Below the pieces are notes generated by a model. That model was given only the letters and a program-made list of their open reading frames with translations. It did not search any database and had not been told where the DNA came from. 64,000 bases of DNA from Epithemia pelagica. Lineage: Eukaryota > Protista > Bacillariophyta. Position numbers and translations under genes: made by a program. Positions 48,401 to 57,872 of this stretch are shown one piece after another (the first letter of the stretch is position 1; each line of letters starts with the position of its first letter). The stretch is taken from assembly GCA_946965045.2 (NCBI GenBank), contig OX337231.1, positions 682,001-746,000 of the forward strand, written 5' to 3'.

Positions 48401-50642
48401 GGAGGACCAGGTCATTACGCAAGAGACTCCCACACCAGCAGGGTGAAGGAAACGGTAACAACAACAATGATGACAACAACAACGACGGTGAGAGCACTGA
48501 GGTAAATGCTGTGATGTTCTCGTTTTCACAATCTAACGAAATTGTGCCCAAGACGTGGATCCTTCTGGATAGTCAGTCGACGGTGGATTGTTTCAGTAAC
48601 AGAGCCTTGCTCAAGAATATACGTAAGACAAATAAGAAGATTACTATCTATTGCAATGCAGGAAGACGCACAATTGACATGGTTGGAGACTTGGAAGGAT
48701 ATGGTGAGGTGTGGCACGACCCAAAAGGAATTGCAAATGTGCTGAGTCTCAGTCGGATCAGAAAGAAATGTGGAAGGGTGGACTATGTGGCCAAGAAAAG
48801 CGGGGGCGAGTTCACTGTTTATAAGCCAGACGGAAAAAGGCATATTTTCAAGGAAGCCGAGTCGGGACTACACTACCTAGACACTTCAAGCCCAAATGAT
48901 GAGATGCATGACGATGGACATATGTTGGTGGTGAATACAGTCAGGGACAATAAATCTAAATACACCAACAACGACTACATGAGAGCCCTTAGAGCACGAG
49001 AACTTCAAATCAAGATTGGACGACCAAGTACAAGGGACTACATTAAAATTGTGGAAGGAAGTTCCCTACCAATTTGTCCAGTGACGAGGGCTGATATATT
49101 GGCTGCAGAACACATTTTTGGGCCTGACATTGGAGCCCTGAAAGGAATGACGACTCGGAGGCGACCACCTATTGTGGACTCACCCGTGACACCAGTCCCG
49201 AATGTTTTTCTGGAGAAGTACAGACGTGTAACCATCTGCGTGGACGTGCTACATATTATCAAGCTCTTTCAGCTCGTCGTTAATCTAGTCTTAGTTTGTG
49301 CTTCCACGACCTTCTCCGACCAGAATGTCCCTGTAACCTGTAATTTCTTGTGGTGGTCATTCCCAAGGCATTAAGACCGGCGTCTGATCCGGCAATGGCT
49401 TTTCCTTTCTTGTTATCATGTTGTTGACTTGTGTCCCCATCCGTATTGCTGCCGTCCCTGTATGACTTCTTGTCTCCCTGGTGACCAGGGAGACAAGAAG
49501 TCATAAAACTTGGTGTATGGGGTGCGCCTTAGCAAAATGCCCCATCGAAATCTGTGCGAATGGGGGAGGGGCCCTATGAGCGACCAACCACCGTTTGACA
49601 ACGACATATGTACGCTAAAAAATCGATTTGTCACCAATCTCGTACTTAGGAAAACCATGAAAATGGCGATGATCTTTGGATCGGTCCGATCTAGTATCCG
49701 TTTTTAGGCTATCAAGTAGATCATGAGAGTAATAGATTGATTTTAAAAGAACTTTCACCGTGCCGTTTTCAAGAGAATCATGGTCGAAGTTTTATATCCG
49801 GGTTAGAAAGCCGTGATCAAGATTAAATGAGTAATGCGAACAATGGTCCAAAAAGGGGCAGCCGTGCACGCATTGCATGCCGTTGCTACCATGATGCTTT
49901 GTATGACACATCTGTTTGAGATATGAATTAGTAGCTACTATACGATGAATTTGGATTCTAATGTAATATTTTTTCCCCATGGTCAATCGAAGAAAGAGGT
50001 TAAAATGAACAAGAAATCGACTTTGCGCCGGCTGCACGCAGAGCCAGTTTTTCCCTGCATGTGACATATTATAACGGTCGATTGGTCGTGATCGTAGAAA
50101 ACTTCTCGATGAGTCCCGGATATTATGTAAAAAATGATCAGTCGCGCTCAAGAGAATCGACCTCTTGACACTTGAACCATACTAGGTAGTCTATCTTCCT
50201 CCACCGCCACGCTACTCCACTCTCCTTTAATAAAGCATTTGTGAGTATTGATCGATATGAACCCAAAAGTTTCATATTCAATATTCAATATGAGATTGTG
50301 GCCTCATATGCGGCCATTTTGCCGCACATGAGGCCACCACAAACCACTTTTTCTAGGTAGATTCTTTTTCTTGCGGATTTCTTTCTTCGCCTTCCGCTTT
50401 CAATGTCGTCAGTAGTGTACTGTATTGGACAGTTTCCAAGAGGTCTTGCTAATTTCCATGTTCAATTTTTGATTTCCGGTTTTAAATCGCTTTACGCTTT
50501 ACTCTTTACCGTAGTGTTACTCGTATTTTGATTCTTTGCGCGCTTCTTGTCCAGTGGACAAGTTTGGTCTTTGGCATGGTCGGTATTGCTTCCGAATGAC
50601 CAGCTTCCGAATCGCTCCTCCGTCGGTTCTCGTGCTTCAACA
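45417..50642 (-). mobile_element. Copia-3: rearranged, non-autonomous Copia remnant
   Basis: 3' LTR 45417-45799 (CGTTAG...TTCAACA on the + strand) with purine-rich CCCAAGGAGTG beside it. 5' LTR pieces at ~49262-49483 and 50554-50642. TSD CTATG/CCATG (45412-45416, 50643-50647) versus the empty site CCATG in copy A. RT (VDVPGAFMQ, WHVDD) and RNase H (IDASYAVH, SSTESEVVG, ADFFTKPL) are on the minus strand. Confidence 0.88.
48165..49262 (+). pseudogene. Inverted internal segment of Copia-3 (Gag zinc knuckle, protease, start of integrase)
   Basis: CYNCGGPGHYARD and WILLDSQSTVD are encoded on +, while the flanking INT-end, RT and RH are on -. Confidence 0.85.
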
Positions 50643-50885
50643 CCATGATCCACGGCAACGTCCGAGACAAAATCGTCACCCATGGGACGGATTCCAAGTA
50701 TAGTTCGTGATGCCTTTGTTCTTCTTCCTGCCACACCACGCGTAGCATTCGAATGTCCGTATCTCACGTCAAGAGTAAATAGGGTTACAAAAGACTAGAG
50801 AGAATAAACAAGGTGTATCTAATTCAACAACAAGTCCTTCCGCACTCACAAAACACTGCTTCATCTGCTCTTTTATGTATGTCCC

Positions 50886-53543
50886 TCAATCTTTGCCATG
50901 TGGAGATAAGACCGAGATTGTCGGTTCCATCATTTCGCGGAACCATACGCGGGACAATTCACTGGACGGGATAGGAAAGTTGCTACTGTTTGTGGGGCAT
51001 CGAAACGACACTGCCAGCACACGCTGACGAATTGAAACAGTGCTAATGTTTTTTTTCGTTTCCTCGAGCTTTCCCTGAATCATGGAACAAAATGCCAACA
51101 TCCCAGTGTACGAATAAAGACTGGAACCAGCGTCGGATGGCTCCAAACACTGACCACTCTCGTCGTTCATGTCGATACCCAACGAGTTCCACCATTTCTT
51201 GACCGTCTCCGGTCCTGGTGAATTCTTGTGGTTCTTGCATTGGACAAAGTCCACAAATGCTTCGTTTCCATCAATATACAACACGAGGACATCAGGGCCT
51301 TGCGCAGTTGGAGTTCCTTGTGAGAACACCATACAGAACTTGTCTAGAGAAGGAAACACAAGCTTTTCTTGCTCTAGTGCTTTTTGGTTTTCCAACTCAT
51401 ACTTCAAATTTTCAATTTCCTCCTCGTCAATATCCTTCTTTTTACTGTATTTGCTTGGCCATGCAAACTCCAAACAATGACGCTTGGTGGAATATCCCCG
51501 GATCTCTGCCAGCCTCAAACAGTGCATAGCAGTTAGTTCTTCAAAGGAATCACCAAAACCTGGTCGTAGTTGACAGGTCAACCCAAAGCAAGCAAGGTAC
51601 TTCAACGCAGTCGATGTTTCTTGTGATTTTGTGGCAAGACCACGCTGAAATACCTCACTTACTTCTTTCTGGTTATGAGAGATCCAGCTATCCACGTCGC
51701 TTTTCACCGCGGCTAGGTTGGTTTTGACATCGTCCGTAAAAGAATGCATCTCTTCCTTTTGGAATTCCAATGCAGATTTCAGGTGGAATAAAAAGGCGCG
51801 TTCGAAAAGTCCTGATAGATCGTGCTCTTCGAGATGTTGGAGAGAATTAGTACTTATATAGAGGCGAGGACCGTAGTCCATGATGGCCCCGAATGATGCA
51901 ACGTCCACGAGTCTGCCGAGGCGTCGTTGCTTCAATTCATCTGCATCGAAATTGGGTCCATCTGTCTTGTGAATCTCCCACGATAAGACTGGTAGAACAC
52001 TCCGGAAGAGCATCCTTGCGTTCGTCATGAGTGTTCGAGAATAAGTTCCGTCCAAAATGGCATCATGCAGTACATTGTCAATCACACCCCGATTCCGCAA
52101 CTCTTGCAGCTCGGGGTGCCTCATTGTCACAAGTCTTGCTTTCCCGGGGTCTGTACCAACCCTCTCATCACTGCGGATCAAGTCCAAGCCAGTCCCTGTA
52201 AGAATAAGAAGCAAGTCCTCTTGAGCCATTAGTTTCCGATACTTGGATGTTACTACGCGAACACTTGCTACCAAGCCATTCACTAAATCAAGGTCCGTTG
52301 CCTCGTCTAGAATCAATGCCAATTTTTTGGGCCTCTGTTCAGGACGGCATCTTCCAAGCAACCAATTTTTTTTGGTCCACGATTTTAATTTATTGTGTTC
52401 CAGGTTGCCAACTGTTGCCTTTATTAAATCATCGAGGACCGCCCTTGCCCATTCGTTGCGCTCCTCATGTAGGTTCACTTGTTCATCACGAAGAAGGTCC
52501 AAGGCATCGTCATGACCCTGGGTTTTGCAAAGCTCATCAATGACAAGGTCGAGCAATTCACACAAGTAGGGTCTTGGGTGGAGTTTTGGATCTTCTGGTT
52601 TTGATTGTAAGACCTTCGCCGTCACGACCATATAAAGAGGGATAAAACCGCTTTTCTCTGCCTGTAAACAAGAGTACACACTTTTCCCACTCCCACTTTC
52701 ACCAGCGACAACCACAGCATATGCCTTCTCGTCGCTTTTCTGGTTCGGAAGCATGCTAAAATATTGGTCCGCAGTTTCTTTTTTTGGTGAAACACTCACA
52801 AATTCGAGTTCTGGAGAAGTAAGAGACGAGTGTCTCTTCAAATAGTCCAATGGCTGAGAGGTAGCTTTCAAGGCATTCAGGAGCGCACCAAATTCCGGTT
52901 GAAAATAGCCCTGAATCGTATCCATCCGCAAAGCATCCTCCCCGTAAAAGGTTTGTCCTTCTCGGCCTCTGTCGAACCTCATATACACAAAGCTGGTATC
53001 CTGATCCGCTTGGGTTTGCTCGTCAAGCCATGACGTTATATCCTCTTGCATCCGTTCTCTGGTGCGACGCCTCGACGAAAAAAATAGTTGGCCCACAAAA
53101 TCATCATCTCCATTGAACTTAAATACCAAATTAATCGAGATCACCGGGTCGCCCCATTCCCATTCCTTGGGCATACTTTCGAAGAATTTCTCGATAAATG
53201 CACGAGGCTCGAGATATTCCGGTTGTTGGGAGACTTCTATGGGGGTAGGACCCATTTGTGATGTCTGGGTCCCAGCTTTTTCTTTTGCTAGGTCATCCAG
53301 GATTGCAATGGCCATTTTAGAGGTTGTGACTTCACCTTCAATCAATGGTTGAAGAAAGTTCTTCCGAAATTGATCTCCAAAAACAGCAGCCTGAGTGTTC
53401 AGTTCATGCTTCAAGGCAGTTTCATTGGACTGGATGAAAGCACTCCATCCTGCCGTGTTGTCCTCCCTATGAGCCGAGCTCTGGCCCCTGCTGGTTCTAG
53501 GAACTTTGGGATATGTACGATTGTCATCAGCACAATGAGCCAT
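50886..53543 (-). CDS. Crinkler/RHS-like protein: P-loop NTPase plus C-terminal PD-(D/E)XK (restriction endonuclease-like) nuclease; intact copy B, ~885 aa
   Basis: Walker A GESGSGKS, Walker B LALILDE, TGTG, MTNARM, then QGPDVLVL...DFVQCK (PD..QxK). The upstream ATGs at 53690/53684 lie in LTR-derived sequence. Confidence 0.7.
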   Translation of the reverse strand: MAHCADDNRTYPKVPRTSRGQSSAHREDNTAGWSAFIQSNETALKHELNTQAAVFGDQFRKNFLQPLIEGEVTTSKMAIAILDDLAKEKAGTQTSQMGPTPIEVSQQPEYLEPRAFIEKFFESMPKEWEWGDPVISINLVFKFNGDDDFVGQLFFSSRRRTRERMQEDITSWLDEQTQADQDTSFVYMRFDRGREGQTFYGEDALRMDTIQGYFQPEFGALLNALKATSQPLDYLKRHSSLTSPELEFVSVSPKKETADQYFSMLPNQKSDEKAYAVVVAGESGSGKSVYSCLQAEKSGFIPLYMVVTAKVLQSKPEDPKLHPRPYLCELLDLVIDELCKTQGHDDALDLLRDEQVNLHEERNEWARAVLDDLIKATVGNLEHNKLKSWTKKNWLLGRCRPEQRPKKLALILDEATDLDLVNGLVASVRVVTSKYRKLMAQEDLLLILTGTGLDLIRSDERVGTDPGKARLVTMRHPELQELRNRGVIDNVLHDAILDGTYSRTLMTNARMLFRSVLPVLSWEIHKTDGPNFDADELKQRRLGRLVDVASFGAIMDYGPRLYISTNSLQHLEEHDLSGLFERAFLFHLKSALEFQKEEMHSFTDDVKTNLAAVKSDVDSWISHNQKEVSEVFQRGLATKSQETSTALKYLACFGLTCQLRPGFGDSFEELTAMHCLRLAEIRGYSTKRHCLEFAWPSKYSKKKDIDEEEIENLKYELENQKALEQEKLVFPSLDKFCMVFSQGTPTAQGPDVLVLYIDGNEAFVDFVQCKNHKNSPGPETVKKWWNSLGIDMNDESGQCLEPSDAGSSLYSYTGMLAFCSMIQGKLEETKKNISTVSIRQRVLAVSFRCPTNSSNFPIPSSELSRVWFREMMEPTISVLSPHGKD

Positions 53544-53697
53544 TGCCAAGATCTTGGGGTTTGGGATAAGACTGTGACTTTTATCACGCTGGTGAAACGA
53601 ATGGAATCCAACCACGGTTGTCCGAGTCTTACCCAGCAAACTAACCGCCACTTCGAATACCAAAAAGAGGGTGATACTTGCCATACCCATGTATAAT

Positions 53698-54467
53698 GAA
53701 ATTGCCTTAAAAGCTCGTTCCGTCTCGGACGAGAGGCTGCCAAGAGATTTGCCAATGACCTATGACCTGTCGAGTCCGGACAAGAAGTCAGACAAAAGCC
53801 ATAGCACAACCTATCCTAGTTAATCATTCCTTGAAGTAGATAGTGTTCCCATTCCATAGCTAGAACCCCAAATTTCGATAATGGCTAATAGTACTCCTAG
53901 CTATCTAGTCAATAGAGAGACGAGTTGACCTGTCAAACAGGATATTGCGAGCAGGCACGGCAACTTGAAAACCGTTCAGCGGAAAGACCAAATTCCGAGA
54001 TCTGGCCCGAATTCCGAGATCGACCCGAATTCCGAGATCTGGCCCAAATTCCGAGATCGACCCGAATTCCAACAAAAGTATACTTTATTTCAGAGTAGAA
54101 ACCCGAATTCCGAGATCTGGCCCGAATTCCGAGATCGACCCGAATTCCGAGATCTGGCCCGAATTCCGAGATCGACCCGAATTCCGAGATCGGGACCAGA
54201 TTTCCGATCAGGACCAAAATGAATTATAGACACGTGCCATCCAACTGACCGGCGCACTTTCTTACCCTTAATCGGTAGGGATATACGCTGAGACCTGAAT
54301 TCTGTCCTACGAGAACACGTTGCCTCCCCGAAATCTTGGATGATGTTTGGACGAACGACCTAGCCTTTGGGGACATTGACGCGACCTCTCTAGGACGAGA
54401 AAGGCTAGCTTGTTGATAATCTATCTGTAGTGCAATCCGAGACGGAACAAGCTTTTAAGGCAATTTC
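53698..54467. mobile_element. 770-bp MITE-like element with 32-bp TIRs and a 3-bp AAT TSD, inserted in the Gypsy LTR stub
   Basis: GAAATTGCCTTAAAAGCT(C/T)GTTCCGTCTCGGA is inverted at both ends. AAT at 53695-53697 and 54468-54470. The empty site (single AAT) is seen in both full Gypsy LTRs. Confidence 0.9.
53988..54205 (+). repeat. Tandem array of alternating 19/18-bp units CCCGAATTCCGAGATCTGG / CCCGAATTCCGAGATCGA
   Basis: About nine ATTCCGAGATC cores head to tail, with one ~30-nt interruption at ~54071-54101. Confidence 0.9.
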
Positions 54468-54954
54468 AATGGTAGGACGTAAAAATTATGATCTTTAGGA
54501 ATTAGGCTAGGAAATACCCCCAAGCGCCGGGTGAGTTTTGAATCCCGCCTGAGTCAAAGAAAATATGCATTCCCATGGCGCGTCCTCCAATCCTCCAAAG
54601 ATGTTGATACATCATTTGCATCTCAACGCTTTCACCGCCGACCCAAACTTGTGATACCAAGTGCATCCACCATGGACCCTTCCAACCCATTCCAACGCTT
54701 TACACAGGAAACCAACACAATCGAAGAGTTATCTACGGCCTCTGCATGCAACGAACCAATCTGTGTCCACTTCCAACGTTCTATCAGCCCTCGGGTACCA
54801 CAACAACAACGCCAGTGATGACCATGCAACAAACTCCCAAGACACTTCTATTTGACCCGTCCGACCCGCTTTCCCTTCCCCTCCCAATACCCCTTATGCA
54901 TTACCCCTACTTGAGCAGGCCATCTTGCTGTCCTTTACTGACTGGCATGGCAAA

Positions 54955-55095
54955 ACTGCAAGACCAGCATGGCAAGTGAACGCTTGCGGAGAAGTGATGA
55001 AGCGCCACACCATGCAACCTACGTCCTCTCCCATCCTACGTCCTGTCCTTCTTGTCCGCTCCACTGGCAGTGGCAAGTCGGCCGTGAGCTTCCTC
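54955..55095 (+). pseudogene. Possible fragment of a RecQ/DEAD-like helicase N-terminus
   Basis: ARPAWQ (Q-motif-like) ... VLLVRSTGSGKSAV (motif I). No downstream motifs found. Confidence 0.4.
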
Positions 55096-56066
55096 GTGGA
55101 AGGGACCGCAACAGCCATCACCATACCAGAAGAATGCGTTCCATCCTGATCTCAATCATCCCAGGTGACCCGTTCTTGAGGCGCAAAGGTATCCCATGTT
55201 GTTGTTGTTGTTGTGGAGGAACGACGATGACGGCAATCGTCGCCTCGTTTGGACTTCGAGGAATGCCAGAACCGCAAACCGCCTCTTCCTCGGGATAAGG
55301 TTCGTCGGGATGGGTCACAACCATTGCCGTGCTCGCCTCGCACTGCCGCCTTTCTGGGTGGCTCGGTGGATTGTCTAGAATCGGAATCCCATAAAGTCGA
55401 TCCGTGCCACGTACTTGGTTGGCTAGTTGTACTGCTCGATGTTGTGCTTGTCCTGGCACTACCAAGAGTGGTGCTGCTGCTGGTGTCACGCAAATGACTC
55501 ATAGTCTTGTCCAATATGGAGAGAAGAACGGTGGTTGGCACTGGAAGAATGATGAGTGCGGCAGTGTCGAATCTGGAATATATGGTTGGGTTTGTCAATC
55601 GGATGGAGATTCCGTTGTATGATGTGCTGCGTTGGTGAATCTGTGGTGATGATGATGATGATTATGTGATTGTAGTGCCAATGAAGGTATAGGTACGTCT
55701 TAATTCTGTGCCTCAGCACTCTCCCTTCGTATTCTGCTTTGGAAGTCAATGGTTCTCGATGCGAAAGTAAGATTTTTGTGTGTGTGTGCTTCTCATGGAT
55801 GTTACATTTTTGTGGGCGTGCCAAATTTTCCAAGACCTCTCTTCGTGTTCGTATTCACGAGAGACGGACGCTCCCCTATGGCTATGGTCGCCAGTCGCCA
55901 TCTCCCCCACACGTTCCGTCAAATGTAGAGTAGAGATGGATCCAGAATAGAGTACAAAAATTAAAAAATGCGTTCTTTGAACGCGAGTTACATGCGACTC
56001 AAAAGATTCGAAGAGACCTTGGAACACAGCAAAAGGACACCCGCCGCAGGAGAGGGGTCTAGCACC

Positions 56067-57332
56067 ATGTCCATGGATACTCACCGTCGTAGCATTGTCT
56101 CAGTAATATTACTGATCCTGATACTTTCGCCCTGGAAGGCAGAATCCTCGGCGGCTCAAACGGAAACCTTGATTGGAATTGTCGGTCGCGATTTTGTCCT
56201 GTTGGGGGCTGATTCGGCCTTGGCCGGTGGATCCATTGCCTGGACGGCCACCCATGTGGATAAGATTGCCGTCTTGACCAATCCCTTTCCCGAGTCGGAC
56301 GCACAACAGCAACCACAACCACAACAAGTGACCCAAACTGTTGCAGTACAGGAGGACCGAGACGATTCCAACAACCAGGAGGCACCACCAGTACCACTCC
56401 TACGTCCACATCGTCTCTCCAATCAACAACAACAACAACAAACGATTGCTGCAGCAGTGGCAGGAGATACAGCCGATGCGGATCGGTTGGTGGGATATCT
56501 CAAGGCCACGGGTACCCTGCAAGAATATCAGGCCAGTGTGGGCTGCGATGTCGACTACTACAATCATCATTTTGATCCTCCTCAAACTCGAATGCATTGG
56601 AAACCAAGGAACCAGCCGCAACATCAGCCACGACTGTATCCTGTGGCACCACCACCGAGGCCGGGAGGAGGAGGAGGAGGAGCAGTGACGGTCGAGGCCA
56701 CGGCACACTGTGCACGACAGTACATTTACGAGCGATTGCGATCCTCATTACCATGCAACGTTTGTCTGTTGGTGGCTGGAATGATGCCCGACGACAATAC
56801 GAATGATCAAACACAGCAGGATAAGGAGAATAATAGCGACGAATCCTCTTTGTCGTGGCGTGTTCGACAACAAGTCACAAGGGCTTTGCAGCAGCAGCAG
56901 CAAGGATCACCGGTACTTTCCCAAGCACAGGAACATCGACAGGACACTCTCGCGAATCATTCCACTACCCCAAATGTTCCAGATGTTGATGGCGATAACC
57001 AACAAAGCCATGAGGATTCTTCGTCGGCTGCCAGTCCATCCACCCCCACAACTACCACCAAAGGGTTATTACGTCCCCACTTGTATTGGTTGGACGAATA
57101 TGGTTCCTTGCAACGAATGAAGGAATATGGTGTTCATGGATTGGCCAGTGCCTTTGTGTGGTCCATTTTGGATCAGAATTATCATCCCAACATGAGTTTG
57201 GAGCAAGCCACGACACTTATGCATCATTGTTTTGATCAATTGCGACAACGCTATCTCATTAACCATCATGCCGGAACACCCTGTATCAAATGTTTGGATG
57301 CCACACATGGATGTCGATTGTTGCTCTCGTAA
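56067..57332 (+). CDS. PSMB2: Proteasome beta type-2-like subunit with an N-terminal signal-peptide-like segment and low-complexity insertions
   Basis: TLIGIVGRDFVLLGAD, DKI, AGDTADAD, VCLLVAG, PHLYWLDEYG, HGLASAFVWSILDQNYHPNMSLEQA...RQRYLIN. Preceded by hydrophobic SIVSVILLILILSPWKAES. Confidence 0.8.
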   Translation: MSMDTHRRSIVSVILLILILSPWKAESSAAQTETLIGIVGRDFVLLGADSALAGGSIAWTATHVDKIAVLTNPFPESDAQQQPQPQQVTQTVAVQEDRDDSNNQEAPPVPLLRPHRLSNQQQQQQTIAAAVAGDTADADRLVGYLKATGTLQEYQASVGCDVDYYNHHFDPPQTRMHWKPRNQPQHQPRLYPVAPPPRPGGGGGGAVTVEATAHCARQYIYERLRSSLPCNVCLLVAGMMPDDNTNDQTQQDKENNSDESSLSWRVRQQVTRALQQQQQGSPVLSQAQEHRQDTLANHSTTPNVPDVDGDNQQSHEDSSSAASPSTPTTTTKGLLRPHLYWLDEYGSLQRMKEYGVHGLASAFVWSILDQNYHPNMSLEQATTLMHHCFDQLRQRYLINHHAGTPCIKCLDATHGCRLLLS

Positions 57333-57872
57333 CACAATGAGAAACACACAATGACAAGGATGGCGCAGTTGGAGCAGGAGGAGACATTGGTTAAATTGTT
57401 GCTTTTTCGAAAACGGACCAGAGCACTCTAGTAAACTTTCTCAAGCCCCTTTCTTCTGATGGACTGGATACTTGACGAGAACCGGCCAAGTACAATCGCG
57501 TTTGAAGCCTCGAGAGATGCACACAAACGTTGCGTGATTCGGATGGGCGAAACAGTGTCTTTCCCTTCCTTCGAATAGGCACTTCTTCCTAAAAAATACC
57601 ATCTAGGACACCATGGATGTAAGCAGCATGGGGAATCACAATTGGTTCCGTCTCTCTCTCTCTCTCTTGAGCCTAGAGAGCTAGTTGCTTCTTCTTCCTC
57701 ATAGCGATGGAGGAATAGCAGCTTCACTCTACGCTAAATAGTACTGTTTGCGTCAAAACCCCAAATATCGTGATAGTGATTGATTGACACCGATCTGCTC
57801 TCTCGCATTGAGGGTTCGTCACTGTTGTTGTTGTTGTTGCAGTTACATTGTGCCATTGATTAAGATCTTATC

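Noticed and set aside
53988-54205. CRISPR-like array (37-bp period with one unique insert)
   Set aside because: The units are head to tail without unique spacers, there are no cas genes, the context is eukaryotic, and it lies inside a MITE.
53933-54222. ORFs with SEFG/RNSG repeats
   Set aside because: They are translations of the minisatellite.
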